Origin: an uncultured Candidatus Actinomarina sp.
GTDB lineage: Bacteria > Actinomycetota > Acidimicrobiia > Actinomarinales > Actinomarinaceae
Reading direction: 5' to 3'
DNA length: 64,000 bases
Assembly: GCA_902510965.1 (NCBI GenBank)
Contig: CABXDM010000002.1
Location: forward strand, 7,120 to 71,119
The first letter of the stretch is position 1. Every line of letters begins with the position of its first letter. Both the position numbers and the translations under genes were made by a program. The notes beneath the pieces are model-generated. The model was given only the letters and a program-made list of their open reading frames with translations. It had not been told where the DNA came from and did not search any database. Shown here piece after piece: positions 7,581 through 17,230 of this stretch.

Positions 7581-10175
7581 CTATAAAGATTTAGCAGTTT
7601 TTTTATTATGATAATTTGCCCACAAAACAAGTAGCGTAGGGAGAATTAAAATTGATGCAACTAAAGCAAATCCTATAGAAACTAATACAACTTGACCCAT
7701 TTGTTGAAATGGTTTTAGTGTTGAGGTTGTCAGAATTCCGAAACCAGCCATTGTTGTAAATGCTGAACCAAATAATGAACCTCCTGTTGTTTTAAGAGTT
7801 GATGTAATTGCAGATACTGGATTTGAGTCTTTAGTCAAAGCTTCTCTGAATCTATTAGTGACATGTATTACGAACGGAACTCCGATTCCTATTGCTATAC
7901 CTGTTAAAGTTGCTGTTACTGGATTTAGAGGTATTTCTAATAAGCCCATTCCCAAATATGTACCCATGACGATAGCTATAACAGGGAATATCGTAACCAC
8001 ACCTAAAAATGGTCTCCTCATGTCAATCCAATAATATATTATCAAAAATAGCATCGAGGAAAGTATTGCAAAAATTAAGGACTGGAATTGTGAAGCTGAT
8101 ATTAAATCGCTTACACTGTTTGTTACAATACTGTCATTTGTTGCAGCTACGTCAACTCCAAGATCTATAACTTGAGCAAAAGCACTATAAATATCTTCGG
8201 TCAGCTGTCTAGAACCTTCTGAACCAGCTGAAGTTGTAATTTTTATTTGTTGTGCAGTAAATATTTCCTGATCGTTTAGGTAGAGAGAACCACCAAAAGT
8301 TGCTGGGTCCATTGTTAAAAGAGATTTGTAAAGTGACTCAACATCACCAGTAGTCGAAACTTTAAGTGCATTCATTCCTTCCCCAGTCATGAGCTGAACA
8401 CCATATGACATTAATCCTGAAATAAGATCCATGTCAGGTGCTTGAGGGGGTGCACCTGGTGCAACATCTTGGGGTGCTAACATTGCTCCAAGGGATGCCA
8501 CTACAGATTCATTTGCAACATTTTCACCAAAAACTACCACATTGTCAGCAGTAGCTAAATTATTAATTGCGTCAATAATTGCATTATGAATTTCTGGAGT
8601 AGCTAAATCTTCACCTTCAAGTAAAACGGTAGTAGTCTCTCCAAACCCACCACCAAATTCATCAGTCAAGACTGCAAGTGTAGCTACAACTGGATCATCT
8701 TCAGGAAGAAAATCAGTAAAATTAAATACTGTATCTAAATTAGTAAAACTGACATAACCGTAACTGGAGATACCCAAGAGTAAAGCTATGCTAATAAGTT
8801 TTAATTTTCTAGGAATAATAGAGCTTGCGCCGGCAACTTTATTAAGGACACTTTCACCAGATGAGGAGAAAGCTTCCCTGTTTATAGAATCTTTTTTCTC
8901 AGCCTTTTTGTCTAATAAAGACCTGATTGCAGGAACAAAGGTCATGACTAGTAGTAAGGCAAATAAAATTCCAAACGAAACAGTTATTCCAAAATCTTTA
9001 AATTCAGGTAATGGTGATACAACATTTGAAAGGAAACCAACAATTGTAGCTAAGGTAGCAAGCGTCAAGGCTATGCCAACAGAACTTAAAGTATTCTTTG
9101 TAGAGTCTTTTACAGATAAACCCTCTCCCAGTTCTTCTCGATATCTTCCTGTAAAGTGAATTGCATAATCAACTCCTAAACCAATTAAAAGAATCGGTGC
9201 TATTTGTGAAATCTGATTCGGAGCTCCAATGATATTAAGGAATCCGGGACCTAAAAGTGTTCCAATCCCCTGCATCCATAAAATTGAGAGAAGTATAGTT
9301 CCAAGGCTTAATAGCAAATCACTTAAAGTTCTTCTGGATGATTTAAAAAAGCCATAACCTTTCCTTGGTCTAATAAAAAATATGTATGCTAAAACACCGA
9401 GGATGATTAAGAAAGCCTTACCAAATAAAATACCAATTTCAGTTAAGAAGTCTCCTCCATCATTACCCAGTAAAAGCCCAAAAGAGAATCCACTTACTTC
9501 AATATTTTCAAAATTACTACTTATTAAACCCAGCTCTTCGCTTAGTTGAACTTCCATACGTGGTTGCTCGATAAATGCTCCATCACTACCTCCATAGTTT
9601 TGTGCAATTTTAGCCGAATCAATTGTGATTATGGCAAGGCCGGCTGTGGAACTTACTTTATCTGCATCATAGTTTTCAGAAAGTAATGCAGATGCAAAAG
9701 CTTGAAATTCTGGAGGCATTTGCGCTGAAGCTGCTTTATAAGCTTGTTTGAATTGTTCATCATTTATTTGATCAATGTTAAACATAGGATTAAAAGCTCT
9801 AGCAAAATCAATAGGTCCAAAAAATCCTTGTAATGCCCCTTGGCCTGGTTGACTAACTAGATACTCAGAAATTTCACTTGTTGCGACAACTTGTTGAATT
9901 TCAAGCCAAGCTTTGTATCCATCTACAGTTAATACATCATCACCAGTAATTATTATTTGAAAAACGCTTTGACCACCTGAGGAAGCAAAGTAATCACCTA
10001 ATTTTGATTGTGCTTGAATTTCTGGTGTGTCTAGTTCTCCACCAAAACTTGTACTGAGTTCTTCCGCTTGAGTAGACATGTATCCAAAAAAACCTGTCAG
10101 TAAAAGTACGACCAAAATAGTTACTACTGGTCTCTTAGTAGCGGCCGAACCAAAAAAGTTTGTAAGCAACTTCAT
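7581..10175 (-). CDS. MMPL-family (RND superfamily) membrane transporter
   Basis: 864 aa with two 6-TM bundles, each followed by a large extracytoplasmic domain. This duplicated architecture and the conserved 'GLGVDYAIHF' / 'GIAIGIGVPFVIHV' motifs are typical of MMPL/RND exporters. Confidence 0.75.
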   Translation of the reverse strand: MKLLTNFFGSAATKRPVVTILVVLLLTGFFGYMSTQAEELSTSFGGELDTPEIQAQSKLGDYFASSGGQSVFQIIITGDDVLTVDGYKAWLEIQQVVATSEISEYLVSQPGQGALQGFFGPIDFARAFNPMFNIDQINDEQFKQAYKAASAQMPPEFQAFASALLSENYDADKVSSTAGLAIITIDSAKIAQNYGGSDGAFIEQPRMEVQLSEELGLISSNFENIEVSGFSFGLLLGNDGGDFLTEIGILFGKAFLIILGVLAYIFFIRPRKGYGFFKSSRRTLSDLLLSLGTILLSILWMQGIGTLLGPGFLNIIGAPNQISQIAPILLIGLGVDYAIHFTGRYREELGEGLSVKDSTKNTLSSVGIALTLATLATIVGFLSNVVSPLPEFKDFGITVSFGILFALLLVMTFVPAIRSLLDKKAEKKDSINREAFSSSGESVLNKVAGASSIIPRKLKLISIALLLGISSYGYVSFTNLDTVFNFTDFLPEDDPVVATLAVLTDEFGGGFGETTTVLLEGEDLATPEIHNAIIDAINNLATADNVVVFGENVANESVVASLGAMLAPQDVAPGAPPQAPDMDLISGLMSYGVQLMTGEGMNALKVSTTGDVESLYKSLLTMDPATFGGSLYLNDQEIFTAQQIKITTSAGSEGSRQLTEDIYSAFAQVIDLGVDVAATNDSIVTNSVSDLISASQFQSLIFAILSSMLFLIIYYWIDMRRPFLGVVTIFPVIAIVMGTYLGMGLLEIPLNPVTATLTGIAIGIGVPFVIHVTNRFREALTKDSNPVSAITSTLKTTGGSLFGSAFTTMAGFGILTTSTLKPFQQMGQVVLVSIGFALVASILILPTLLVLWANYHNKKTAKSL

Positions 10176-10314
10176 TAAATTTTCTCCATTTTTTAAACTT
10201 TTTTTATACTAATAATTCTCTTGTTTAATCAGTACCCTAGGATAAAAAAATCCCCATTCGATACAAAGGTAATCTCTTGAAACCATAGTTTCTATTTACT
10301 GTAAAATTAATTCT

Positions 10315-11463
10315 ATGAAAAAATACTTCTGGTTTGTTTTATTAGCTGCAATATCCCTTCCATCTGTTGCAAATGCTCACGAAGAAATAAATAGAGAGCC
10401 AAAGAATCGTATTGATAATTATCAGACAATGACTATTTCTCAATCTGGGAGTTTGTTTTACAGCGTAACGAATGAAATTATTGAAGGTGTTAATAATCTC
10501 AACTCTAATTTAACTTTTATAGGTAGAGCAAATGTTGGTTTAGAAAAGATTATTGATAATTCAGGTAATGAGAAAATTGCAACTAAAGAAGACTACCTTT
10601 TTAGCATCTCAGTCAAAACAGTTGAAAAAGATTTTGTAAATTATATATATCCAAATGAAATTGCGACCAAAATTGTTTCAGATTTAATAATCATATCTGA
10701 ACTCACTGCGAATCTTTATTCTATTGAAATTGGGGACATAGTTCACTTAGTAGGTCTCAATGGTGAACCTTTAGAAATAGTTGTTGGAGATATTGTTCCA
10801 GATTCAAAATTGGGATGGTTTGAGGCTGTAGTTAGTAAAGAAACAGGTTTTAAGCTTGGTATTTTTAGAAATATCCAAGCAATAATATGGGATAATAAAA
10901 TTACTGAAAATCATCTAATTGAAATTTATCGGAATATAAAATATAAAAAAATAAGAGTCTCTGATAAAAACTCTAAGCCCAACAAAAATTGGGTACTCCC
11001 AAATGCACTAGTCAAAGAAATGTTTGGAGATTTCCAAATTAAAGAAAGAGACGGTACCTGGATTATTACTGAACCAAAGTGGAGAGAAGAAAATATTGAA
11101 ACAATTAAAATGCCGATTATTGGTAGAACTACATGTCATAGGTTAATGTGGGAACCACTCAGAGGGGCATTAAACCAGGTCGAAGAAGAAGGTTTGGCAA
11201 ATACACTTTACCTAGATGAGTTTAAAACTTCGGGTGGATGTTACGCTCCTAGGAGAATTTCACGCTTTGATGCTGGAGGTTCTTTATCAAGACATGCATG
11301 GGGCATAGCAATAGATATAAATACAAAATCTGGATATGTTCCACGAGTGGTTGAGATCTTTAATTCCTGGGGCTTCGCTTGGGGTGGTACTTGGACATCA
11401 CCAGATGAAATGCATTTTGAACTTAGGGACTTATCAGCCAGTATTTCGAAGACCAGCGGCTAA
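10315..11463 (+). CDS. Secreted two-domain protein with C-terminal peptidase M15 (VanY / DD-carboxypeptidase-like) domain
   Basis: Signal peptide 'MKKYFWFVLLAAISLPSVANA'. The C-terminus carries 'CHRLMWEPL', 'SRHAWGIAIDIN' and 'DEMHFEL', which correspond to the H/D...SxHxxGxAxD...DxxH zinc-binding motifs of the M15 / hedgehog-DD-peptidase fold. The ~230-aa N-terminal domain is unassigned. Confidence 0.5.
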   Translation: MKKYFWFVLLAAISLPSVANAHEEINREPKNRIDNYQTMTISQSGSLFYSVTNEIIEGVNNLNSNLTFIGRANVGLEKIIDNSGNEKIATKEDYLFSISVKTVEKDFVNYIYPNEIATKIVSDLIIISELTANLYSIEIGDIVHLVGLNGEPLEIVVGDIVPDSKLGWFEAVVSKETGFKLGIFRNIQAIIWDNKITENHLIEIYRNIKYKKIRVSDKNSKPNKNWVLPNALVKEMFGDFQIKERDGTWIITEPKWREENIETIKMPIIGRTTCHRLMWEPLRGALNQVEEEGLANTLYLDEFKTSGGCYAPRRISRFDAGGSLSRHAWGIAIDINTKSGYVPRVVEIFNSWGFAWGGTWTSPDEMHFELRDLSASISKTSG

Positions 11464-13893
11464 TCCATTTATTGATAAAAGCAGAGATGTTTTTTCTTCT
11501 TCGGTTATTTCTTTATCTGAAAGCTTCTTCATTAAAAGTATCTGTATCAATGAAAGAGGATCTAAATAAGCATTTCTAATTTTTAGTGTATTTTTTAAAA
11601 TTGGATTATCTTCCAATAGCTCAACATTGTTGGTAACAAGTTTTATAGCCTTATTGACTTTCTTCAATTCTTTAGTTATTTCATCAAACAAATACTTGTA
11701 CTCTTCATCTAAAAGTTCCTCAACATACATTTTTGATATCAACAAATCTGACTTCACAACTGTCATTTCAATATTGCTTATAAGGTTTTGTAAAAATGAT
11801 GACTTCCTGTAAGCGGATTGAATTTTTCTGATACCATTTTTTTCAATAATATCTAATAAGGCTGTTCCCGCTCCATACCAACCCGTAATAGTATGTCTGG
11901 TCTGTGCCCAACCAAAAACCCACGGAATCGCCCTATAGCTGTCTATTGTGCTCTCAGAGGTTCTTTTAGAGGGCCTAGAGCCTATATTTAAAGTCGATAG
12001 AAGATTTACTGGTGTAACTTTTTCAAAATAAATCATTAAATTATCATCTGTGATTAATTCTTGATATTTTTTAAATGATACTTTCGATAATTCCTCAATC
12101 AATAAATATTCATCTTTATTATTTTTAAAAGTGGTAGAACTAGCCGAGAGAAAAGCGTCTAAACCTAATTTTAAGTTCTCTTTTGCTAGATTACCTGTTG
12201 AGTACTTATCAGAAATAACCTCACCTTGCTCTGTGTAGCGTATTTGATTAGATATTGTTCCTCTGGGTTGAGAAAGTATAGAGTTATATGTAGGTCCACC
12301 ACCACGACTAATGGTCCCCCCTCTGCCATGAAAGAAAACTATATTACAATTATGATCTTTTCCTTTTTTAAATAGTGCAATCTGTGCTTTATAAACATTC
12401 CACTGGGAAGATATAATTCCACCATCTTTATTGGAATCTGAGTATCCAAGCATTATTTCCTGAGTAGAGTCTTGATATTTTATAATGTGAGTTTTATAAG
12501 CTTTATTTGACAACAGGTTGTTAAGAAAATAATCTGAGTTTTGTAAATCATCAATCTCTTCAAGTAACGGTACAATCATAGGAATATCTTTTTGAGAAGT
12601 TATATATTTCTTGCAAAGTTTATATAAATTTAATATGTCTGATTCATTTTTTGTCATAGAAACTATAAGTGAATTTATAACATTGCTTCCATAAATAGCT
12701 TTCCAATCTGAAATACAAGCCAAAACTTTTATAAACTCTCCATATTGTTGTTTGTTTGATTGTGGGTTATTTATTACTTTAGAATTTTCTCTTATATCTA
12801 GAGTGACACCATGAAATTGAAAAGATTCTACATATTTAAGGAATTCAGAAAAGCCATGTATCGAATCATTTAATTTTAGAGTTTGCTTAAGTGACTCGTT
12901 GACAAGTTCCATATCCTTATGAAACTCTTTATAAGTTTTATATCCTATATTATTTTTTTGAAAATTTTCTAAACGATGGAAAACTAAGGAAAGAAAAATC
13001 CTAAAAGGCTCATCAAAATTGACTTTTGCATAATGGTTATATTCTTTTTTAAGAATTTTTCTATATTCTTGAATTTTATTTTCTAACTTTTTTGGAGTAG
13101 TTAAGTAACTTGTTGAAAAGCTAAACTCTTCAGAGAATTCTTTTATCTTATCCATGTAAATATTAATTATTTGTTTTGAATATATTTTTAAAGACTGATC
13201 TGTAATTTTTTTAGTTACAAACGGATTTCCATCTCTATCACCACCGACCCAGGAACCGAGAGTAAGAATAGGCTCTGTTTGTATAGTTTTACTTTGCATT
13301 TCTTTTTCAATATCAAGAAACACATCTTTATAAATTATGTCTAAATAATACAAGAGTGACTTAACTTCATCTAGAGGATTTGGCTTTTTTGATCTTATCT
13401 CTCTTGTGTACCAAAGTTCTGTAATAATGGTATTGATTTCTGGAAGTGAATCAATGTCATTTTTGCTAACAATTTCACCAATTTTATATATCTTGTTCAA
13501 AGTCGACTGTCTTGCACTTTCAGTAGGGTGTGCTGTAAATACTGGCGAAAATTTGTACCCGTTATTACCCTTTTGTACTATTTTTTCTTTTTTTATACCA
13601 GTAAAAGCTTCTCTAAAAACTTGTTCAGAAATATTAGCTAAATAGAAAAAGAGTGTGAATGCTTTAGCAACAATTAGTATTTCCTTGGAGTTCAATTTAC
13701 TTAATTCGCTGAATGCTTCTTCTAAATATTTTGGATTGTTAGTAGCTCTATACTTTTTTGAATTTAATCTTATATCTTCTACGATGTTGAAATATTTTTC
13801 TCCAGCTTGTTTCTTTATTACTTGTCCAAGTTCACTGGCTAATAAGTTAATAGTTTTTGATAAGGTAGAGAAGTCGTTAGAAATAGCTATATC
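11434..13893 (-). CDS. ppc: Phosphoenolpyruvate carboxylase (bacterial type); true N-terminus upstream of the called ORF
   Basis: 'FTAHPTE' and 'FHGRGGTISRGGGPT' are catalytic PEPC signatures, with the C-terminal '...NTG'. The ORF track starts at TTG 13695, but the same frame stays open to 13896. Those 67 codons ('DIAISNDFSTLSKTINLLASELGQVIKKQAGEKYFNIVEDIR') align with the PEPC N-terminus as recalled from E. coli. No ATG/GTG/TTG occurs in that stretch. Confidence 0.85.
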   Translation of the reverse strand, partial: DIAISNDFSTLSKTINLLASELGQVIKKQAGEKYFNIVEDIRLNSKKYRATNNPKYLEEAFSELSKLNSKEILIVAKAFTLFFYLANISEQVFREAFTGIKKEKIVQKGNNGYKFSPVFTAHPTESARQSTLNKIYKIGEIVSKNDIDSLPEINTIITELWYTREIRSKKPNPLDEVKSLLYYLDIIYKDVFLDIEKEMQSKTIQTEPILTLGSWVGGDRDGNPFVTKKITDQSLKIYSKQIINIYMDKIKEFSEEFSFSTSYLTTPKKLENKIQEYRKILKKEYNHYAKVNFDEPFRIFLSLVFHRLENFQKNNIGYKTYKEFHKDMELVNESLKQTLKLNDSIHGFSEFLKYVESFQFHGVTLDIRENSKVINNPQSNKQQYGEFIKVLACISDWKAIYGSNVINSLIVSMTKNESDILNLYKLCKKYITSQKDIPMIVPLLEEIDDLQNSDYFLNNLLSNKAYKTHIIKYQDSTQEIMLGYSDSNKDGGIISSQWNVYKAQIALFKKGKDHNCNIVFFHGRGGTISRGGGPTYNSILSQPRGTISNQIRYTEQGEVISDKYSTGNLAKENLKLGLDAFLSASSTTFKNNKDEYLLIEELSKVSFKKYQELITDDNLMIYFEKVTPVNLLSTLNIGSRPSKRTSESTIDSYRAIPWVFGWAQTRHTITGWYGAGTALLDIIEKNGIRKIQSAYRKSSFLQNLISNIEMTVVKSDLLISKMYVEELLDEEYKYLFDEITKELKKVNKAIKLVTNNVELLEDNPILKNTLKIRNAYLDPLSLIQILLMKKLSDKEITEEEKTSLLLSINGLAAGLRNTG

Positions 13894-15149
13894 CTCTCAG
13901 CATTCTTAAAGTGGTCACTACCAGTTGCATCGAATATAGGAACTGAAACTTTACTAAAGTCAAAGTTTTCAAAATCAGTATGCGCCGTGTGAACTAAAAC
14001 TAAATCATATTTATCAATGTTGTCAAAACTATCTTCTTTTTCAACATATTTTTTATTTACTAAAATGCTATCAACAAATGGGTCATAGTACTTAACATTG
14101 ACTCCCCGTTCGAAAAGGTTTTCAATAATTCCAATAGCTGGTGACTCTCTGACATCTCCAATGTCTTTTTTGTAAGCTACTCCAAGAATCAAGATTTTTG
14201 AGTTTTTAAATGGCTTTTCTAAAAGATTCATCTTTTCTAAAAGTCTACTGACAACATAACTTGGCATGGAATTATTAATTTCTTGGGCGAGTTCAACAAA
14301 CCTTACCGGTTTTCCTATTTGTCTCGTTTTAAAAGATAGGTAATTAGGGTCTACTGGAATGCAATGCCCACCAACACCTGGCCCAGGCCTAAAGGATTCA
14401 AATCCAAATGGTTTAGTTTTTGCAGCATTTACAACCTCCCATATATCTATTTCGAGCATATTACATAAGATTGCTAGCTCATTTATTAATGCAATATTTA
14501 CATGTCTATAAGTATTTTCTAAGAGTTTCACCATCTCAGCTTCTTTTGTACCACTGACTCTTACTACCGAATCTATAATTTGTTCGTAGAAATTCTCAAT
14601 TTTTGAAAGTGACTCATCGTTAATTCCGCTTATAACCTTTGGTGTGTTTTTAAAATTCCATGTATCGTTTCCTGGATCAATTCTCTCTGGAGAATAGCCC
14701 ACAAAAAAATCAACCCCTGCTTTAAGATTTGAGATTTCTTCAATAACAGGTATCAAAACCTCTACAGTTGTTCCGGGATATGTCGTTGACTCAAGAATTA
14801 TAATCTGATTTTTAGTAATATTATTAGCAATAGTTTCAGCTGCAGCCTTTACATAACTAAGATCTGGTTGATAATCAGTCAACGGTGTTGGTACGCTTAT
14901 AACTATAGTTTCTGACTCAGATAAATATTTAGGGTCAGATGATAAGAAAAGACCTTTCTCTAAGGATGCTTTAAGTTCTTTATCTGAGATATCTTCTATA
15001 GTTGATTTTCCTAAATTGTAATTAGAAATTTTATTTTCATCTATATCGTAACCGTAAACTTTCAAGTTTGAACTTGTAGCTTGTATAGCTAAAGGTAAGC
15101 CTACGTAACCAAGCCCTATTACCGCTACATCGTATTTAAAATTACTCAT
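13887..15149 (-). CDS. wecC: UDP-N-acetyl-D-mannosamine (or -glucosamine) 6-dehydrogenase (WecC/WbpA/Cap5O family)
   Basis: N-terminal Rossmann 'VAVIGLGYVGLPLA', plus 'ILESTTYPGTTV' and 'PGPGVGGHCIPVDP' with the catalytic Cys. Forms an operon with the 2-epimerase downstream. Confidence 0.75.
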   Translation of the reverse strand: MSNFKYDVAVIGLGYVGLPLAIQATSSNLKVYGYDIDENKISNYNLGKSTIEDISDKELKASLEKGLFLSSDPKYLSESETIVISVPTPLTDYQPDLSYVKAAAETIANNITKNQIIILESTTYPGTTVEVLIPVIEEISNLKAGVDFFVGYSPERIDPGNDTWNFKNTPKVISGINDESLSKIENFYEQIIDSVVRVSGTKEAEMVKLLENTYRHVNIALINELAILCNMLEIDIWEVVNAAKTKPFGFESFRPGPGVGGHCIPVDPNYLSFKTRQIGKPVRFVELAQEINNSMPSYVVSRLLEKMNLLEKPFKNSKILILGVAYKKDIGDVRESPAIGIIENLFERGVNVKYYDPFVDSILVNKKYVEKEDSFDNIDKYDLVLVHTAHTDFENFDFSKVSVPIFDATGSDHFKNAERI

Positions 15150-15155
15150 ATACCT

Positions 15156-16235
15156 CTAATACAAAACATCATAAATTCTTGATGATGTAAGACCATCCCA
15201 ATTTTTAATATTAATTTCATTTGGTAGTTTACTGCCTAATGAACCCTTTATTTCATTAATTATTACTTCTGTATTTATACCGATAACTTTATTTGTTCCT
15301 TCAAATACAGTAATTGGTCGCTCTGTTTCCTCTCTTAAAGTTAAACATCTTATATTAAGATACGTTGTCTCTTCTTGGAGGCCTCCAGAGTCGGTTAATA
15401 CTAATTTTGCGCCTGAAACTAAACCTAAGAATTTAATGTAAGGCAGTGGATCGATAAAAATAAAATTTTCGAATTGTAAGTCATTTTTTTCAATAAATTG
15501 AGATAGCCTAGGATGGGCTGGTATTAATATTTTATAATCTTTCTTAAATGAATCTAATGCAGTAAAGATGCCACTTAATGCTTCATTAGATAGATTTGAA
15601 GGCCTGTGGATAGTCATTACGAAGTATGGTTCATTGATACCTAATTCATCAATAACGGTATTTTTTGAATTTTGAATTTTATCCAAGTTAGCCTTAAGGG
15701 TGTCAATCATTATGTTTCCAACATTAAATATTTTATCTTTTCCAATATTTTCATCAAGTAGATTTTTAACAGCATCATCAGATGGTGTAAATAAGTAGTC
15801 ACTTATTGTGTCAACAGCTAGCCTATTTCTTTCTTCGGGCATATTCAGATTTCTGGATCTTAGACCTGACTCAACATGAAATAGTTCTAAATCTCTATTT
15901 TTAGTAACTAAAGCGGCTGCAAGAGTTGAAGTTACGTCACCAAAAACCCCTACCCTTGGTACATTACATTTACTTAATGTAGTATCTAGGCTCTTAATCA
16001 TATAGCTCAATTGATGATTCATTCCATCAAGGGGGGTTTCTAGGTTTATATCAGGTTCCCTTAATTCAAGATCTGTAAATATGTTTCCTGAAAGATTCTT
16101 ATCCCAATGTTGGCCTGTATGAATAAATAAGACCTCTAAATTCTTACTTTCAAAATATTTCACTAAAGGAGCAGCTTTTATAAAATTTGGTCTCGTACCG
16201 ACAACTAAAGCTACATCATAACTATTTTTAACCAC
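15156..16235 (-). CDS. wecB: UDP-N-acetylglucosamine 2-epimerase (non-hydrolysing)
   Basis: 'VVGTRPNFIKAAPL' and 'HTGQHWD' are hallmark WecB/MnaA motifs. 359 aa. Confidence 0.8.
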   Translation of the reverse strand: MVKNSYDVALVVGTRPNFIKAAPLVKYFESKNLEVLFIHTGQHWDKNLSGNIFTDLELREPDINLETPLDGMNHQLSYMIKSLDTTLSKCNVPRVGVFGDVTSTLAAALVTKNRDLELFHVESGLRSRNLNMPEERNRLAVDTISDYLFTPSDDAVKNLLDENIGKDKIFNVGNIMIDTLKANLDKIQNSKNTVIDELGINEPYFVMTIHRPSNLSNEALSGIFTALDSFKKDYKILIPAHPRLSQFIEKNDLQFENFIFIDPLPYIKFLGLVSGAKLVLTDSGGLQEETTYLNIRCLTLREETERPITVFEGTNKVIGINTEVIINEIKGSLGSKLPNEINIKNWDGLTSSRIYDVLY

Positions 16236-16288
16236 ATAATGATTTTAGTCATACAATTAGTTGTTAATAAGGAACTATTATTGAATTA

Positions 16289-17230
16289 ATGGATAAGAGT
16301 ATTGTACTTAACATATGTGGTGTAAAATCGCTTGGTGGACAAGTTATAGTTAAATCTGCTTTAAAATTTATTGAAAAGTCAAACTACAAAATAATTCTTT
16401 TACACGATAATTATTTATTAGATAATTTAGATATAAATTCTACTGTGCAAAAAATAGAAACAAGTTTAAATAGATATTTTCACCCCTATCTCAATATTTT
16501 CTTAAGTAAAAAAGATATGAATATGATTAACGAATCAGAGGCAATAATCCATTTTGGCAATTTTGGCTTTAAAACTAAAAATAAATCATACGCTCTCATC
16601 CAGAACTTACTTCCACTAAAAGTTAAGGACCTGAAGAATCTAATTTTAAGATACTTTATAAATAAATCATTTAAAGAAAGTGATCATATAATTTACCAAC
16701 TTGACCATGTTGCTGAAGAAATACAAAATCAATTCAGTAATAAATTAATAAAAATTGGTGTGATTGAAAAGTTTGAAAATGATATAAATTCTGAAACTGG
16801 AGTATTAAGCATACAGAGCCAAATTAAAAATAAAAATTCTAGCTTTATGGATGCTGTACTAAAGAAACTGAAGGTTGATAATCCTAATCTGAAAATAACA
16901 AAGTTTATATCAGAAGAAAGTCAAAAAGGATCAGAAAATAAATCAACTTTATTACTTGAAGAATTTCCCAGTCACAGTATCTATTTACATACAAGTCATT
17001 ATGAAACTGTTGGATTACCTTTATATGAAGCAAGTTCTGCTGGACTGTTTGTGGTGGCTCCTGATTCTGCATATATGGAGCATTTTGATATTTCTAATTC
17101 AATTAAATACATACCAGGAGATATTGAATCTGCCGCTACATGTATTAAAGATGCATTAGATGTTAAAAAAGAACCCTTTTACAGTTTAGAATATACAGAA
17201 GACTGGAATCCTGTTCTAAAAAGTATCTAG
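16289..17230 (+). CDS. Glycosyltransferase-like protein (GT4-type C-terminal domain, divergent N-terminus)
   Basis: C-terminal 'YETVGLPLYEASSAGLFVVAPDSAY' resembles the GT-B E-x7-E sugar-donor motif. It is the only plus-strand gene in this stretch and is convergent with the next GT. Confidence 0.4.
   Translation: MDKSIVLNICGVKSLGGQVIVKSALKFIEKSNYKIILLHDNYLLDNLDINSTVQKIETSLNRYFHPYLNIFLSKKDMNMINESEAIIHFGNFGFKTKNKSYALIQNLLPLKVKDLKNLILRYFINKSFKESDHIIYQLDHVAEEIQNQFSNKLIKIGVIEKFENDINSETGVLSIQSQIKNKNSSFMDAVLKKLKVDNPNLKITKFISEESQKGSENKSTLLLEEFPSHSIYLHTSHYETVGLPLYEASSAGLFVVAPDSAYMEHFDISNSIKYIPGDIESAATCIKDALDVKKEPFYSLEYTEDWNPVLKSI

Noticed and set aside
8788-9159. 123-aa plus-strand ORF inside the MMPL gene (and similar nested ORFs at 812-1018, 3715-3915, 5439-5723, 13406-13909, 27916-28488, 30139-30468, 41004-41342, 48119-49975, 52108-52488)
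   Set aside because: Each is fully contained antisense within a long ORF that has strong family signatures. The sequences are low-complexity with no motifs, typical of AT-rich antisense frames.
13897-13899. Possibility that TGA is read as a sense codon (alternative genetic code), which would explain the missing ppc start
   Set aside because: TGA serves as the stop in several clean ATGA start/stop overlaps (e.g. ccmH/ccmI at 2124-2127, 7TMR-HD/phoH). Also, the upstream sequence of the ppc frame is the C-terminus of wecC in another frame. The standard code fits the whole window.
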